Source: Squalus acanthias
Taxonomy: Eukaryota
Assembly: GCA_030390025.1 (NCBI GenBank)
Contig: JASTWF010000035.1
Span: forward strand, 3,472,001 to 3,536,000
DNA length: 64,000 nt
Direction of reading: 5' to 3'
Below are positions 52,470 through 63,940 of the stretch, piece by piece. The position numbers were made by a program, and so were the translations under genes. Numbering within the stretch: position 1 is the first letter of the stretch; each line of letters opens with the position of its first letter. The notes beneath the pieces are model-generated. The model was not told the DNA's origin. It worked only from the letters and a program-made list of their open reading frames with translations, and did no database searches.

Positions 52470-52960
52470 GGTGCGAATTCCATCACACTCCTGACTCCAG
52501 ATTCTGAGGAGGACTTGAGGGGTCAGGAGGTGATCCACTCGTCAGCCCTGCTCTTGCAGCAGTGATATTGATATGGCTTCAATTAAACATATGGTTAATG
52601 GTGACCCCCCAGGATGTTGATGGTGGGGATCTCAGCAATGGAGGTGCTGTTTAAGGTCATGGTGAGGTGGTTGGTCCTTGTCTTGTTGGAGATAGTCATT
52701 TACCAACCACTTGTCAGCCCAAGTTTGGATGTTGTCCAGGTCATGCTATTGGTGCCTGCGCTACTGAACTCATTATCCACTCCTCCACTATCGGTGCAAC
52801 TCACCAAGGTGACTTTGAAAGTACCACCCCTGCTCGCAACCTCTACCACCAAGAAGAATGAGCAGCAATGTTATGGGAACACCATCACTTCCAAGTCACA
52901 CACCATCCTGACTTGGACATGCATCGACCTTCCTTCATAGTTACTGGGTCAGAAACCTGG
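52470..52960. mobile_element. Decayed family B fragments in both orientations
   Basis: Similarity to 6890-7200 (-) and 3140-3290 (+). Confidence 0.55.
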
Positions 52961-52967
52961 ATTAATT

Positions 52968-55460
52968 ACATAAGAATGTAAGAATAGGAGCAGGAGTAGG
53001 GCATATGGCTCCTCAAGCCTACTCCGCCATTCAATAAGATCATGGCTAGTCTTTGACCTCAACTCCACTATCCCACCCAATCTCCATAATAGAAACATAG
53101 AAAAATAGGAGCAGGAGTAGGCCATTCGGCCCTTCGAGACTGCTCTGCTATTCAATATGATCATGGCTGATCCTCTATCTCATACCATATTCCCGTGCTC
53201 TCCGCATACCCCGTGATGCCTTTTGTGTCTAGAAGTCTATCTATCTCCTTCTTAAATATATTCAGTAACTTGGCCTCCACAGCCTTCTGTGGTAGAGAAT
53301 TCCACAGGTTCACCACCCTCTGAGTGAAGAAATTTCTCCTCATCTCAGTCCTAAATGTCCTACTCTGTATCCTGAGACTGTGACCCCTCGTTCTAGACAT
53401 CCAACCAGGGGAAACATCCTCCCTGCATCCAGTCTGTCTAGCCCTGTCAGAATTTTATATGTTTCAATGAGATCCCCTCTCATTCTTCTAAACTCTTGTG
53501 AATACAGGCCTTGTCAACCCAATCTCTCCTCCTAGGACAATCCCTCCATCCCAGGAATCAGTCTGGTGAACCTTCGCTGCACTCCCTCTATGGCAAGTAT
53601 ATCCTTTCTTAGGTAAGGCGACCAAAACTGCACACAGTACTCCAGGTGTGGTCTCACCAAGGCCCTGTAGTAAGACATCCTTGCTCCTGTACTCAAATCC
53701 TCTTGCAATGAAGGCCAACATACCTTTTGCCTTCCTAACTGCTTGCTGCACCTGCAGTTTGCTTTCAGTGACTGGTGTACAAGGACACCCAGGTCCCTTT
53801 GTACATCAACATTTCCCAATCTATCACCATTTAAATAATACTCTGTCTTTTCCTGTTTTTCCTACCGAAGTGGATAACTTCACATTTATCCACGTTATAC
53901 TGCATCTGCCATGTATCTGTCCACTCACTCAACTTGTCTAAATCGCCTTGAAGCCTCTTTGCATCCTCCTGACAACTCACAATCTCACCTAGTTTTGTGT
54001 CGTCCGTAAACTTGGAAATATTACATTTGGTTCCCTCATCCAAATCATTGATATACAGGAAACTCTTTATTAACTGGCACCGACGGGACCGGCGTGGTGC
54101 CGGTTAATCAAAAAGTCCGGATAATGGAGAGTTATATCTCCCAACGTACGAGAGCCCCGTACACATTGACATGCGCCTGCATTCGGAGCTCCGTCTTCCC
54201 GGGAACCGCCAGCTGACCATCTGTCGTGTCCGCTGCCTACCCGGGCTGCACATTCCCCTCCCAATCTACACGCTCCGATACAAGGCAAACGCCTCGGGTT
54301 TTTTTTTAAAGTTAATTTTAAACGAGAGATGAAGGAAAACCCCGGTTACCTACTCAAGAATTTTGCCGGTTAAGAGAGATTTCCGGATATTTGGGTGCCG
54401 GTTAATAAAGAGTTTCCTGTATATTGTGAATAGCTGGGGCCCAAGCACTGATCCCTGCGGTACCCAACCAGTCACCGCCTGCTACCCTGAAAAAGACCCA
54501 TTTATTTCTACTCTCTGTTTCCTGTCTGTTAACCAATTTTCAATCCATGCCAGTATATTACCCCCAATCCCATGTGCTTTAACTTTGCACACTAACCTCT
54601 TATGTGGGACTTTATCAAAGGCCTTCTGAAAATCCAAATACACCACATCCACTGGTTCTCCCTTGTCTATTCTACCAGTTACATCCTCAAAAAACTCCAG
54701 TAGGTTTGTCAAATACTATTTCCCTTTCATAAATCCATGTTGACTTTGTCTAATCCCGTTGATATTTTCTAAGTGTCCTGTTATCACATCCTTTATAATA
54801 GACTCTAGCATTTTCCCTACTACTGATGCTAGGGTAACTGGTCTGTAGTTCCCTGTTTTCTCTCTCCCTTTTTTAAATAGTGGGGTTACATTTGCCACCC
54901 TCCAATCTGCAGGAATTGTTCCATAATCTATAGAATTTTGGAAGATGACAACCAATGCATCCACTATTTCCATGGCTACCTCTTTTAGTACTCTGAGATG
55001 CAGATTATCAGGCCCTGGGTATTTATCGGCTTTCAGTCCCATTAATTTCTCCAGCACTTTTTTACGAATACTAATTTCCTTTAATTCCTCCTTCTCACTA
55101 GACCCTTGGTTCCCTAGCATTTCTGGGAAGTTATTTGTGTCCTCTTCGTGAAGACAGAACCAAAGTATTTGTTTAATTGCTCAGCCATTTCCTTGTTCCC
55201 CATTATAAATTCTCCCGTTTCTGACTGTAAGGGACTTACATTTGCCTTCACTAATCTTTTTCTTTTTACATACTTGTAGAAGCTTTTACAGTCTGCTTTT
55301 ATGTTCCTTGCAAGTTCACTCTCATACTGTATTTTTCCCCTCTTGATCAATGTCTTGGTCCTTTTTTGCTGAACTCTAAACTGCTCCCAATCCTCGGGCT
55401 TGCTACTTTTCCTGGCAACTTTGTATGACTCCTCTTTGGATCTAATACTATCCTTAATCC
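52968..55460 (-). mobile_element. 5'-truncated CR1 (RT to tail), with an extra adjacent CR1 3' UTR piece at 52968-53090
   Basis: Collinear RT ORFs from 55114 down to 53161. Confidence 0.9.
54056..54419. mobile_element. Tc1/mariner (pogo/Tigger-like) MITE, 364 bp
   Basis: 26-bp TIR CAGGAAACTCTTTATTAAC(T/C)GGCACC with one mismatch; TA duplicated at 54054-54055 and 54420-54421. Confidence 0.92.
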
Positions 55461-55485
55461 CTTGATTGCCCTACCTAACACCATT

Positions 55486-55580
55486 CACCTTCACCTGACG
55501 AAGGAGCAGTGCTCCGAAAGCTTGTGATTTCAAATAAAGCTGTTGCTCTATAACCTGGTGTTGTGCGACTTCTCACATTT
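55486..55580 (+). mobile_element. 95-bp Penelope-like-element-derived insert with 10-bp TSD
   Basis: TAACACCATT at 55476-55485 and 55581-55590; contains a hammerhead core and AATAAA. Confidence 0.8.
55491..55527 (+). ncRNA. Minimal type I hammerhead ribozyme motif
   Basis: TCAC-CTGACGA-A-GGAGC-AGT-GCTCC-GAAA-GCT-T-GTGA: stem I TCAC/GTGA, conserved core, stem II GGAGC/GCTCC, palindromic AGCT stem III. Confidence 0.75.
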
Positions 55581-55869
55581 TAACACCATTGTGGGAGAAC
55601 CATCACCACAAGGACTGCAGCGGTTCAAGGGCAACTAAAGGTGGGCAATAAATGTGGTCTTGCCTGTCTTTGCTCACATTCCTTTTTTTTTAAATACACT
55701 GGTTCAAGCTCGTAAAGGAAAGACACTCTCTCTCTTGGGTGAATGCGTTTTCTGAAGTCTCTATAGAGTATAAATTAAAATGAACAAAATCTGGATCATG
55801 TGTATAATCAGTTACAGTCTGTCATGTTTCTCTCTCACTTTCTCGCTCTCTCTCACACTTATGCAAACA

Positions 55870-56275
55870 GGTTATGGTGATATTCAAGGAGCCTCCTCCT
55901 CCTCCATTAGTTACCTGATTGTCCACCAGCATTCTTGTCTGGATGTGGTAGGGCTATGGAACTATGTGCTGATCCATTGATTGTGGGATTGCTCAGCTGT
56001 GTCTGTAGCCTGCTATTTTTGGTGTTTAGCGTGCAGCCCCTTCAAGCACCATCTGCCCCACCTGTGACAGAGACTGTAGGTCCCGCATTGGACTCATCAG
56101 TCACCTGAGAACTCATTTTTAATGTGGAAGCAAGTCATCCTCGGTTCTTTTATATTGAGCAGGTCCCTGCCTAAATCTAAGGTATGCCTGGTTCTGCTCT
56201 TGGCACTTCCTTCTACTATCCCCATTGAACCGGGCTGGTCTGCTGGTTTGATTAAAGAAGGGGTTACAATGGTGA
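55870..56275 (-). mobile_element. Old family B internal fragments
   Basis: Similarity to 8120-8400 (GGAGCCTCCTCCTCC.., AAGGTATGCCTGG). Confidence 0.55.
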
Positions 56276-56368
56276 CGGGGAGATGTTTGTGGTAGAATAA
56301 TCATACATGAACTCTGGGATGGGGTGGGGGTGACTGGGCTCTTCTTGCTGTGGATTTGGTTGATCGCC

Positions 56369-56789
56369 GGCAACGGTAGCATAGTGGTTGTGTTGCTGGA
56401 CTTGTAATCCAGAGGCCTTCACTAATGATCCGGCGACGCGAGTTCAAATCCCACCACAGCTGGGGAATTTAAATTCAGTTAATTAAATATATTTGGAATT
56501 TAAAAAAAGCTAGTATCATTAATGGTGACCATGAAACTAGCGATTGTCATAAAAACCCACCTGGTTCACTAATGTCCTTTATGGGAGGAAATCTGCCGTC
56601 ATTACCCGGTCTGGCCTCTATGTGACTCCAGACCCACAGCAATGTGGTTGACTCTTAACTGCCCTCTGAAATGGCCTAGCAAGCCACTCAGTTGTCAAGA
56701 AGGTGGCTCATCTCGAGGGCAATTAGGGATAGGCAATAAATGCTGGCCTTGCCAGTGATTCCCACATCCCGTGAATGAATAAAAAAAAA
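56369..56789 (+). mobile_element. tRNA-headed SINE-like bipartite element (family B 5' end plus family B 3' tail)
   Basis: Box A 56377-56387, box B GAGTTCAAATCCC 56440-56452; the tail matches 3338-3442; poly(A). Confidence 0.88.
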
Positions 56790-56841
56790 TCCAGCTCATC
56801 TTCTATAGATTCTCCCATCGCAGTATCTTGATGCCTCCACT

Positions 56842-56952
56842 AAAGAAAGAAAGACTTGCATTTATATAGCGCCTTTCACGACCACTGGACGTCTCAAAGT
56901 GCTTTATAACCAATTAAGTACTTTTGGAGTGTAGTCACTGTTGTAATGTAGG
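56842..56952 (-). mobile_element. DeuSINE 3' fragment
   Basis: Reverse complement of ~61440-61540. Confidence 0.85.
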
Positions 56953-57039
56953 ACTACCCTACTCAGTAGAACTATTCAAGTCATTCGGCATGAAATGCTT
57001 TCTGATGCCTGTCCACCAATTTCTTTTTACCAGTTTGTA

Positions 57040-57400
57040 AATAGATAGAAGTTACAACACTGCCATTCGACCCAACCAGTGTTTCCCCTGCACAGGAGCA
57101 AGTTCTTATCACATGTACCCAATCTATTTCAATATCCCTTCAACTCATTTTCCTCATTGCCCCTAAACAATCTAATCTGGAATGTTGACATAGTTTCTGC
57201 CTCAACCACGAACCCTGGGAGTGATTCCCACAGCTTCACAACTCTCTGTGTGAAGCGGGTTCTCCGGCTCTGTTTTAAATCTTTTACATTTAATCTTGTA
57301 TCTCTGGCCTCTCGTTCTAGACCCTCAACTATTGGAAACAGTCTGCTTCTATCTACCTGTCCCATCCTTTCATCATTTTAAACACTTCTATTATATCACT
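57040..57400 (-). mobile_element. Old CR1 3' fragment
   Basis: FTQRVVKLWESLP. Confidence 0.7.
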
Positions 57401-57412
57401 CTGTAATATAAT

Positions 57413-57528
57413 TGGACTGCAGTGGTTCAAGAAGTAGGCTCACCACCACCTTCGCAGGGGCAACTAGGGATGGGCAATAAATGCTGGTATTACCAGCAAC
57501 GCCCATATCCCGAAAATGAATTAAAAAA
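57413..57528 (+). mobile_element. Family B 3' tail
   Basis: GGACTGCAG..CACCACCTT..GGGCAATAAATGCTGG..A tract. Confidence 0.8.
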
Positions 57529-58179
57529 ATGTGTTTGAATGAAAAAGACCCAATTTTTCAAGTCTTTCTTCGTAATTGTATTTGCTTCTACAGAGAAAGA
57601 ACTAAGAATCTACGTAAAGTGAGACATAAGTTGGTCGACGATTACCTAACCTGAAATGTGAAAATTTAACCGACTGTTCCGTATGGGATTCCTGTTTTGT
57701 ATGTGGAGGTTGAATTTCACTGAGAATGAGGAAAAAATTACCAACAGTAAGTAATCTCTCATTTTAAGTTCTGACTCATTGATATTTTAACAGTGAATCT
57801 AGAGGTTACAAGAGTTGAGTCCATTATGATAGCATTAGACTGATGCAGTACTGTAAGATCTGTATACCTGGTAAACTTTAAATACTTCTACTTTGGGCCT
57901 TCAGTTTATCAGATAATTTAATTGCACATTATCTGTAAATTTTTACTTTACACTGTACATAAATACGGAATGTATGACTTTAAAATGGGAACTGAAATAT
58001 GTCTGGATGTCCTGATCCAATTACCCCTTGCCATCTAATCCCTTTTTTTACTTGAAGCCTATACTTGGACTTCACTCACTTCAGGCAATTCTACAGGAGA
58101 TCAGCTAGTTACAAAATATAATTTGGTCCTTATCAAACACACACCTACAATTTAGCAGCAAAATAGTGTATTGTATTTT

Positions 58180-61100
58180 AGATAGAATTTCATATTAAGT
58201 TTGAGTGTGATGTGGTTAAGTCTGAAACTGGGGTCTTAAATTCAATCATGGGGGACTTTAATCTACATATTGACTGGGCAAATCAAATTACCACTAATGG
58301 TGTGGAGGACGAATTCTTGGAATGCATGAGAGATGGTTTCATGGATCAGTATGTGGAGGAACCAACCTGGGAACAGGCTATTCTGGATCTGGTACTGTGT
58401 AATGAGAAAGGGCTAATCAATAATCTTGTGGTAAAGGGGCCTTTAGGGACAAATGACCATAATATGATTGAATTTTACATTAAGTTTGAGAGTGATGTAA
58501 TCCAAACTGAAACTAAGGTCTTCAATCCAAACAGAGGAAACTGCAAGGGTATGAGGGACAAGTTGGACATGGTAGATTGGGAGACTACACTAAAAGGTAT
58601 GAAGGTAGACATACCATGGCTAACATTCAAGGAAATAATGCATAATTTGCAACAAACATAAATTCCTCTAGGGCATAAAAACCCAAGTCAAAATGGATTT
58701 ATGAAAGGGAAATCCTGTTTGACAAACCTATTGGAGTTCTTTGAGGATGTAACTAGTGGAGTAGACAAAGGGGAACCGGTAGATGTGGTGTATCTGGATT
58801 TTCAGAAGGTCTTCGATAAGGTCCCACACAAGAGGTTGGTGAACAAAATTAGGGCACATGGAATTGGAGGTAATATACTAGCATGGATTGAGAATTGGTT
58901 AACAGACAGAAAACAAAGAGTAGGGATAAACGGGTCTTTTTCAGGATGGCAGGCTGTGACTAGTGGGGTACCGCAAGGATCGGTGCTTGGGCTCCAACTA
59001 TTCACAATCTATATCAATGATTTGGATGAGGGGACTAAATGTAACATTTCCAAATTTGCTGATGATACAAAGCTAGGTGTCAGTGTCAGTTGCGAAGAGG
59101 ATGTGAAGAGGCTTCAAGGGGCTCGCGACAGGCTCAGGTGAGTGGGCGAGAACATGGCAGATGGAATATAATGTGGATAAATGTGAAGTTATCCACTTTG
59201 GTAGAAAAAACAGAAAGGCAGAGTATTTCCTAAATGGTGAAAGATTGGGGAATGCAGATGCTCAAAGGGAGACCTGGGTGTCCTTGTACATGAGTCACTG
59301 AAAGTGAATGTGCAGATGCAGCAAGCCATTAGGAAGGCAAATGGTATGCTGGCCTTCATTACAAGAGGATTTGAGTACAGGAGTAAAGAAGTCTTACTCC
59401 AATTATATAGGGCCTTGGTGAGACCACACCTGGAGTACTGTGTACAATTTTGGTCTCCTTACCTAAGAAAGGATATACTTGCGATAGAGGGAGTGCAACA
59501 AAGGTTCACGAGATTGATTCCTGGGATGGCGGGACTGTCGTATGAGAAGAGATTGAGTAAACTAGGCCTGTATTCTCTTGAATTCAGAAGAATGAGAGGG
59601 GATCTCATTGAAGCATACAAAATTATTACAGGGCTTGATAGGGTGGATGCTGGGAGAATGTTTCCCTTAGCTGGGGAGTCTAGAACCAGGGGCCACAGCC
59701 TCAGGATAAAGGGTAGGCCATTCAGGACTGAGATGAGAAGAAATTTCTTCACACAGAGGGTGGTGAATCTTTGGAATTCTCTACCCCAGAGGGCTGTGGA
59801 GGCTCAGTCATTGGGTATATTCAAAACAGAAGTCGATAGATTTCTGACTAGTAAGGGCATCAAGGGATATGGCAATCGGGCCGGTGAATGGAGTTGAGGC
59901 AGAAGATCAGCCATGATCTCATTGAATGGCGGAGCAGGCTCGAAGGGCCGAATGGTCGACTCCTGCTCCTATTTCTTCTGTTCTTATGTTATGTTCTAAA
60001 CAAAGCCAATTAGGGAGGCGAGTTGGCTGACGTAGATTGGGAAAGTAGATTAAGATATATGAAAGTAGATAGCAATGGCAAACATTTAAAGAATTAATCA
60101 TAATTCTCAATGAATATACATTCCCTTGAGGAATGAAAATTCCACTGGAAAAATAGCACAAACACGGCTAACGTGAGAAGTTAAGGATAGTATTAGATTA
60201 AAAGAAGAGGCTTACAATGTTGCCAAAAAGAGTAGTAAGCCTGAGGATTGGGAAGGTTTTAAACATGGATGTCCAAGAAATTGATGAAGAGGGAAAAAAT
60301 AGAATATGAGAGTAAACTAACAAGAAATATGAAAACAGATTGTAAGAGCTTTTACAAGTATGTAACTAGGAAGAGATTAGCGAAAGTAAATGTGGGTCCC
60401 TTAGAGGCAGGAGAAATTATGTGGAATAAGGAAATGGCAGAGACATTAAACAAATATTTTGTGTCTGTCTTCACAGCAGAAGACACAAAGACACACAGAA
60501 CCCAAATAACCCTAACCCCAAATTGTGGGGAACCAAGGGTCTAATGAAAGTGAGAAACTTAAAGTAATTAATATTAGTAAAGAAAAAATAGCAAGCAATT
60601 AGGAAGGCAAATGGTATGTTAGCCTTTATTGCAAGGGGGTTGAAGTATACGAGTAAGGAGGACTTGCTGCAATTGTTTGGTTTGGTGAAATTACACCTGG
60701 AGTACTGTGTACAGTTTTGGTCTTGCCTGAGGAAGGATATACTTGCCTTGGAGGGGGTGCAACAAAGGTTCACTAGATTGATTCCTGGGATGAGAGGGCT
60801 GTGCGAGGAGGAGAGATTGAGTAGAATGGGCCTATGTTCTCTGAAGTTTAGAAGAATGAGAGGTGATCTCATTGAAACGTATAAAATTCTTAGAGAGCTT
60901 GACAGGGTAGATGCTGAGAGGTTGTTTCCACTGGCTGGAGAGTCTAGAACTAGGGGTCATAATGTCAGGATAAGGGGTTGGCCATTTAGGACTGAGATGA
61001 GGAGAAATTTCTTCACTCAGAGGCTTGTGAATCTTTAGAATTATCTACCCCAGAGGGCTGTGGATGCTCAGTCGTTGAGTGTTGGCTGTGGCTCAGTGAG

Positions 61101-61705
61101 TAGCACACTCGCCTCTGAGTCAGAAGGTTGTGGGTTCAAGTCCCACTCCAGGGACTTGAGCACATAAATCTAGGCTGACACTCCAGTGCAGTGCTGAGGG
61201 AGTGCTGCACTGTCGGAGGTGCCGTCTTTCGGATGAGATGTTAAACCGAGGCCCGTCTGCTCTCTCAGGTGGACGTAAAAAATCCCAAGGCACTATTTCA
61301 AAGAAGAGCAGGGGAGTTATCCCCGGTGTCCTGGCCAATATTTATCCCTCAATCAACATAACAAAAACAGATTATCTGGTCATTATCACATTGCTGTTTG
61401 TGGGAGCTTGCTGTGCGCAAATTGGCTGCCGCGTTTCCCACATTACAACAGTGACTACACTCCAAAAGTACTTCATTAACTGTAAAGCGCTTTGAGACGT
61501 CCGGTGGTCGTGAAAGGCACTATATAAATGCAAGTCTTTATATTCAAGATGTGGATCAATAGATCTTTGGGCACTAAGGGAACCAAGAGATATGGGGATA
61601 GGGTGGGAAAGGAGTTGATGTAGAGGTTCAGCCATGATCTTAGTGAATGGTGGAGCAGGCACGAGAGGCCGTATGGCCTACTCCTGCTCCTATTTCTGTT
61701 CTTGT
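58180..61705 (+). mobile_element. Two or more internally deleted or nested CR1 copies
   Basis: EN 58212-58661 joined to RT at 58701, tail near 59990; a second copy at 59995-61705 is split by a SINE. Confidence 0.85.
61083..61540 (+). mobile_element. Full-length SacSINE1-type DeuSINE (tRNA head, Deu domain, L2-derived tail)
   Basis: Box A TGGCTCAGTGAG, box B GGTTCAAGTCC, Deu core GCTGTTTGTGGGAGCTTGCTGTGCGCAAATTGGCTGCC, tail shared with the L2 end at ~19455-19505. Confidence 0.9.
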
Positions 61706-61932
61706 GTACAATGTTGCTGTCCCTATAAAACATTGCATCTTCTCAGTTACCATGTGCAGATTTGCTAATGAAATAATCAGAAAGCAAAATTGCTGTTTGT
61801 CCAGAGAGTGTTACTGTGATCTCTGTTGGTCACTTCACACTGCGGACAGTGCTGGTACTAATTTTGAATGTTGATTGCCCGAGGCTTCAAAGTTGATTCA
61901 ATATTGCTGGTTGGTTATATGTTAGATGTTGT

Positions 61933-61954
61933 CTCTCTCTCTCTTTCTCAGCAG
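61933..61954 (+). promoter_or_regulatory. 3' splice site of the FBXO41 first coding exon (polypyrimidine tract plus CAGCAG)
   Basis: CTCTCTCTCTCTTTCTCAG|CAG|GTAC. Confidence 0.7.
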
Positions 61955-62207
61955 GTACAGCTCCTTTTAATGCCTTTAGAGGTCAATAACATATATATGA
62001 AAACTCAGATGTGCTGATCTAAAAGAAGTGGCAAATCGAATTGGAGGAAAGTTAGAATGTCTGCACCGTGATGTCCCATAAACTTCACTCTGCATTGTCT
62101 TTTTGTGTTCTACCTCTGAAGATATATGAGTACAATACTTCAGTATGAGAAACGGCCCTCTCCATGAGCAGTGCACTGAATGTCCATATCGTGGGGCTTT
62201 TTGAGGA

Positions 62208-62923
62208 ATGGCCTCTTTGGACCTACCCTACCGTTGTCCAAGGTGTGGGGAACACAAGCGTTTTAGGAGTCTGTCTTCATTGCGAGCGCATCTGGAATAC
62301 AATCACACTTATGAGACGCTTTATGTCCTTTCTAAGTCCAACAGCATTTGTGATGCGAGTGTTCTGTCTTCAGGACTTGACAAGTCAATTCTGATACCTG
62401 CTTCCTGCAAAGAAATCTTTGAAAGCACCTCGTTCCGGAGCAAAGAACAGAGATATTTGTGTGATTTACAGTGTGGGGAGGAATTACCACTTGGTTCCAC
62501 CTGTTACTTGCCTGAGGTTGAGGTTCCAGTAAACGAAATACTCATGAGAAAGGCAATGACCTCTTCAGCTCCTCCTGCTGCTCTAGCTGCAGCAGCGGTG
62601 GATGCTGTTTACGAGGAAGGACTGGCTCGATTAAAGATCCAAGCCCTTGAAAAACTAGACTTGAATGAACGCCTGGAGAAGCTATCAGAGGAGGTCGAGC
62701 AGAAGATCACAGCCCGTGTAGACAAGCTTCAGACAGAACTTGAGAAAAAAAGCTCAGAATTGGAGAAAGCCAAACAGGAAAGCGTGAGGTTGAGTCGAGA
62801 AAAGCAAGACCTTGAAGAAAAGGCCTCCGAGTTATCACGCCAGGTCGATGTGAGCGTAGAGATGCTGGCTACATTGAAGCAAGATTTAGTGCAGAAGGAC
62901 CAGGAGCTAGCCAGGAAACAGCA
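62208..62923 (+). CDS. FBXO41: F-box only protein 41, first coding exon (C2H2-type zinc finger plus coiled coil); the gene continues beyond the window
   Basis: MASLDLPYRCPRCGEHKRFRSLSSLRAHLEY..HTYETLY and YEEGLARLKI..LSEEVEQKI..ASELSRQVDVSVE match the vertebrate FBXO41 N-terminus as I recall it. The exon ends CA|GTAAGT (62924-62929), phase 2. Confidence 0.93.
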
Positions 62924-63061
62924 GTAAGTATATCTGCTGTGATCTGTAATATTATAAAGAATGGTGAATATGGATTTATAAATAAGTAGTACTGGGCTTG
63001 TGCCAAGTGTTTATAGTAATCATCTATAAAAGTCTTGCATATACTATGCACTTCCTTTTAG

Positions 63062-63940
63062 CATAGAATCATAGAATGAAACAGCACAGAAGGAGGCCAT
63101 TCAGTTCATCATACCTGTGTCAGCTCTTTGGTAGAGCTATCCAATTAGTTCCACTTCCCTGCTCTTTCCCCATAGCCCTGCAATTTTTTCCCTTCAAGTA
63201 TTTATCCAAGTATTTATCCAATTTCCTTTTGAAAGTTATTATTGAATCTGCTTCCACCACCCTTTTAGGCAGTGCATTCCAGATCGCAACAACTTGTGTA
63301 TAAAAAAAAATGTTTCCTCATGCCGTCTCTGGTTCTTTTGACAATTACCTTAAATCTGTGTACTCTGGTTACTGATCCTTCTGCCAATGGAAACAGTTTC
63401 TCCTTATTTACTCTTATCAAAACAGTTCATGATTTTGAACACCTCGATTAAGTGTCCCCTTAACCTTCTCTGCTCTAAGGAGAACAACCACAGCTTCTCT
63501 AGTCTCCCAAAGTAACTGAAGTTCCACATCCTTGGTAGCATTCTAGTAAATCTCCTTTGCACCTGTCTGAGGGCTTGACATCCTTCCTAAAGTGTGATGC
63601 CCAGAATTGGCCACAGTACTCCAGCTGGAGCCTAACCTGTCTTATAAAGGTTTAGCATAACCTCCTTGCTTTTGTATTCGAAGCCTCTATTTATAAAGCC
63701 AAGGATCACACATGTCTTTTTAACATCCTTCTCAACTTGTCTTGTCACCTTCAGAAATTTGTATACGTACACCCCCAGGTTTCTCTGTTCCTGCACCCAC
63801 CTCTGAAGTCTGTTACTAACCTCTTCATTGTTTACTACATTTCGAAGTTTTGTGTCCTATGCCCTGTATAACCAAGTATACCCAAGTCCAGGTCATTAAT
63901 ATATATCAAAAAGAGCAGTGGTCCTAATACCGACCCCTAA
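63062..63940 (-). mobile_element. Decayed CR1 3' fragment in the next FBXO41 intron
   Basis: Tail CATAGAATCATAGAAT on the + strand; RT C-terminal similarity. Confidence 0.85.

Noticed and set aside
56369..56460. tRNA genes (also 4757, 16850 and 61083)
   Set aside because: These are tRNA-derived heads continuing into SINE or LINE bodies, without complete cloverleafs.
62924..62927. FBXO41 ending at TAA as a 239-aa protein
   Set aside because: The TAA lies within the GTAAGT donor; the F-box/LRR exons are expected downstream of the window.
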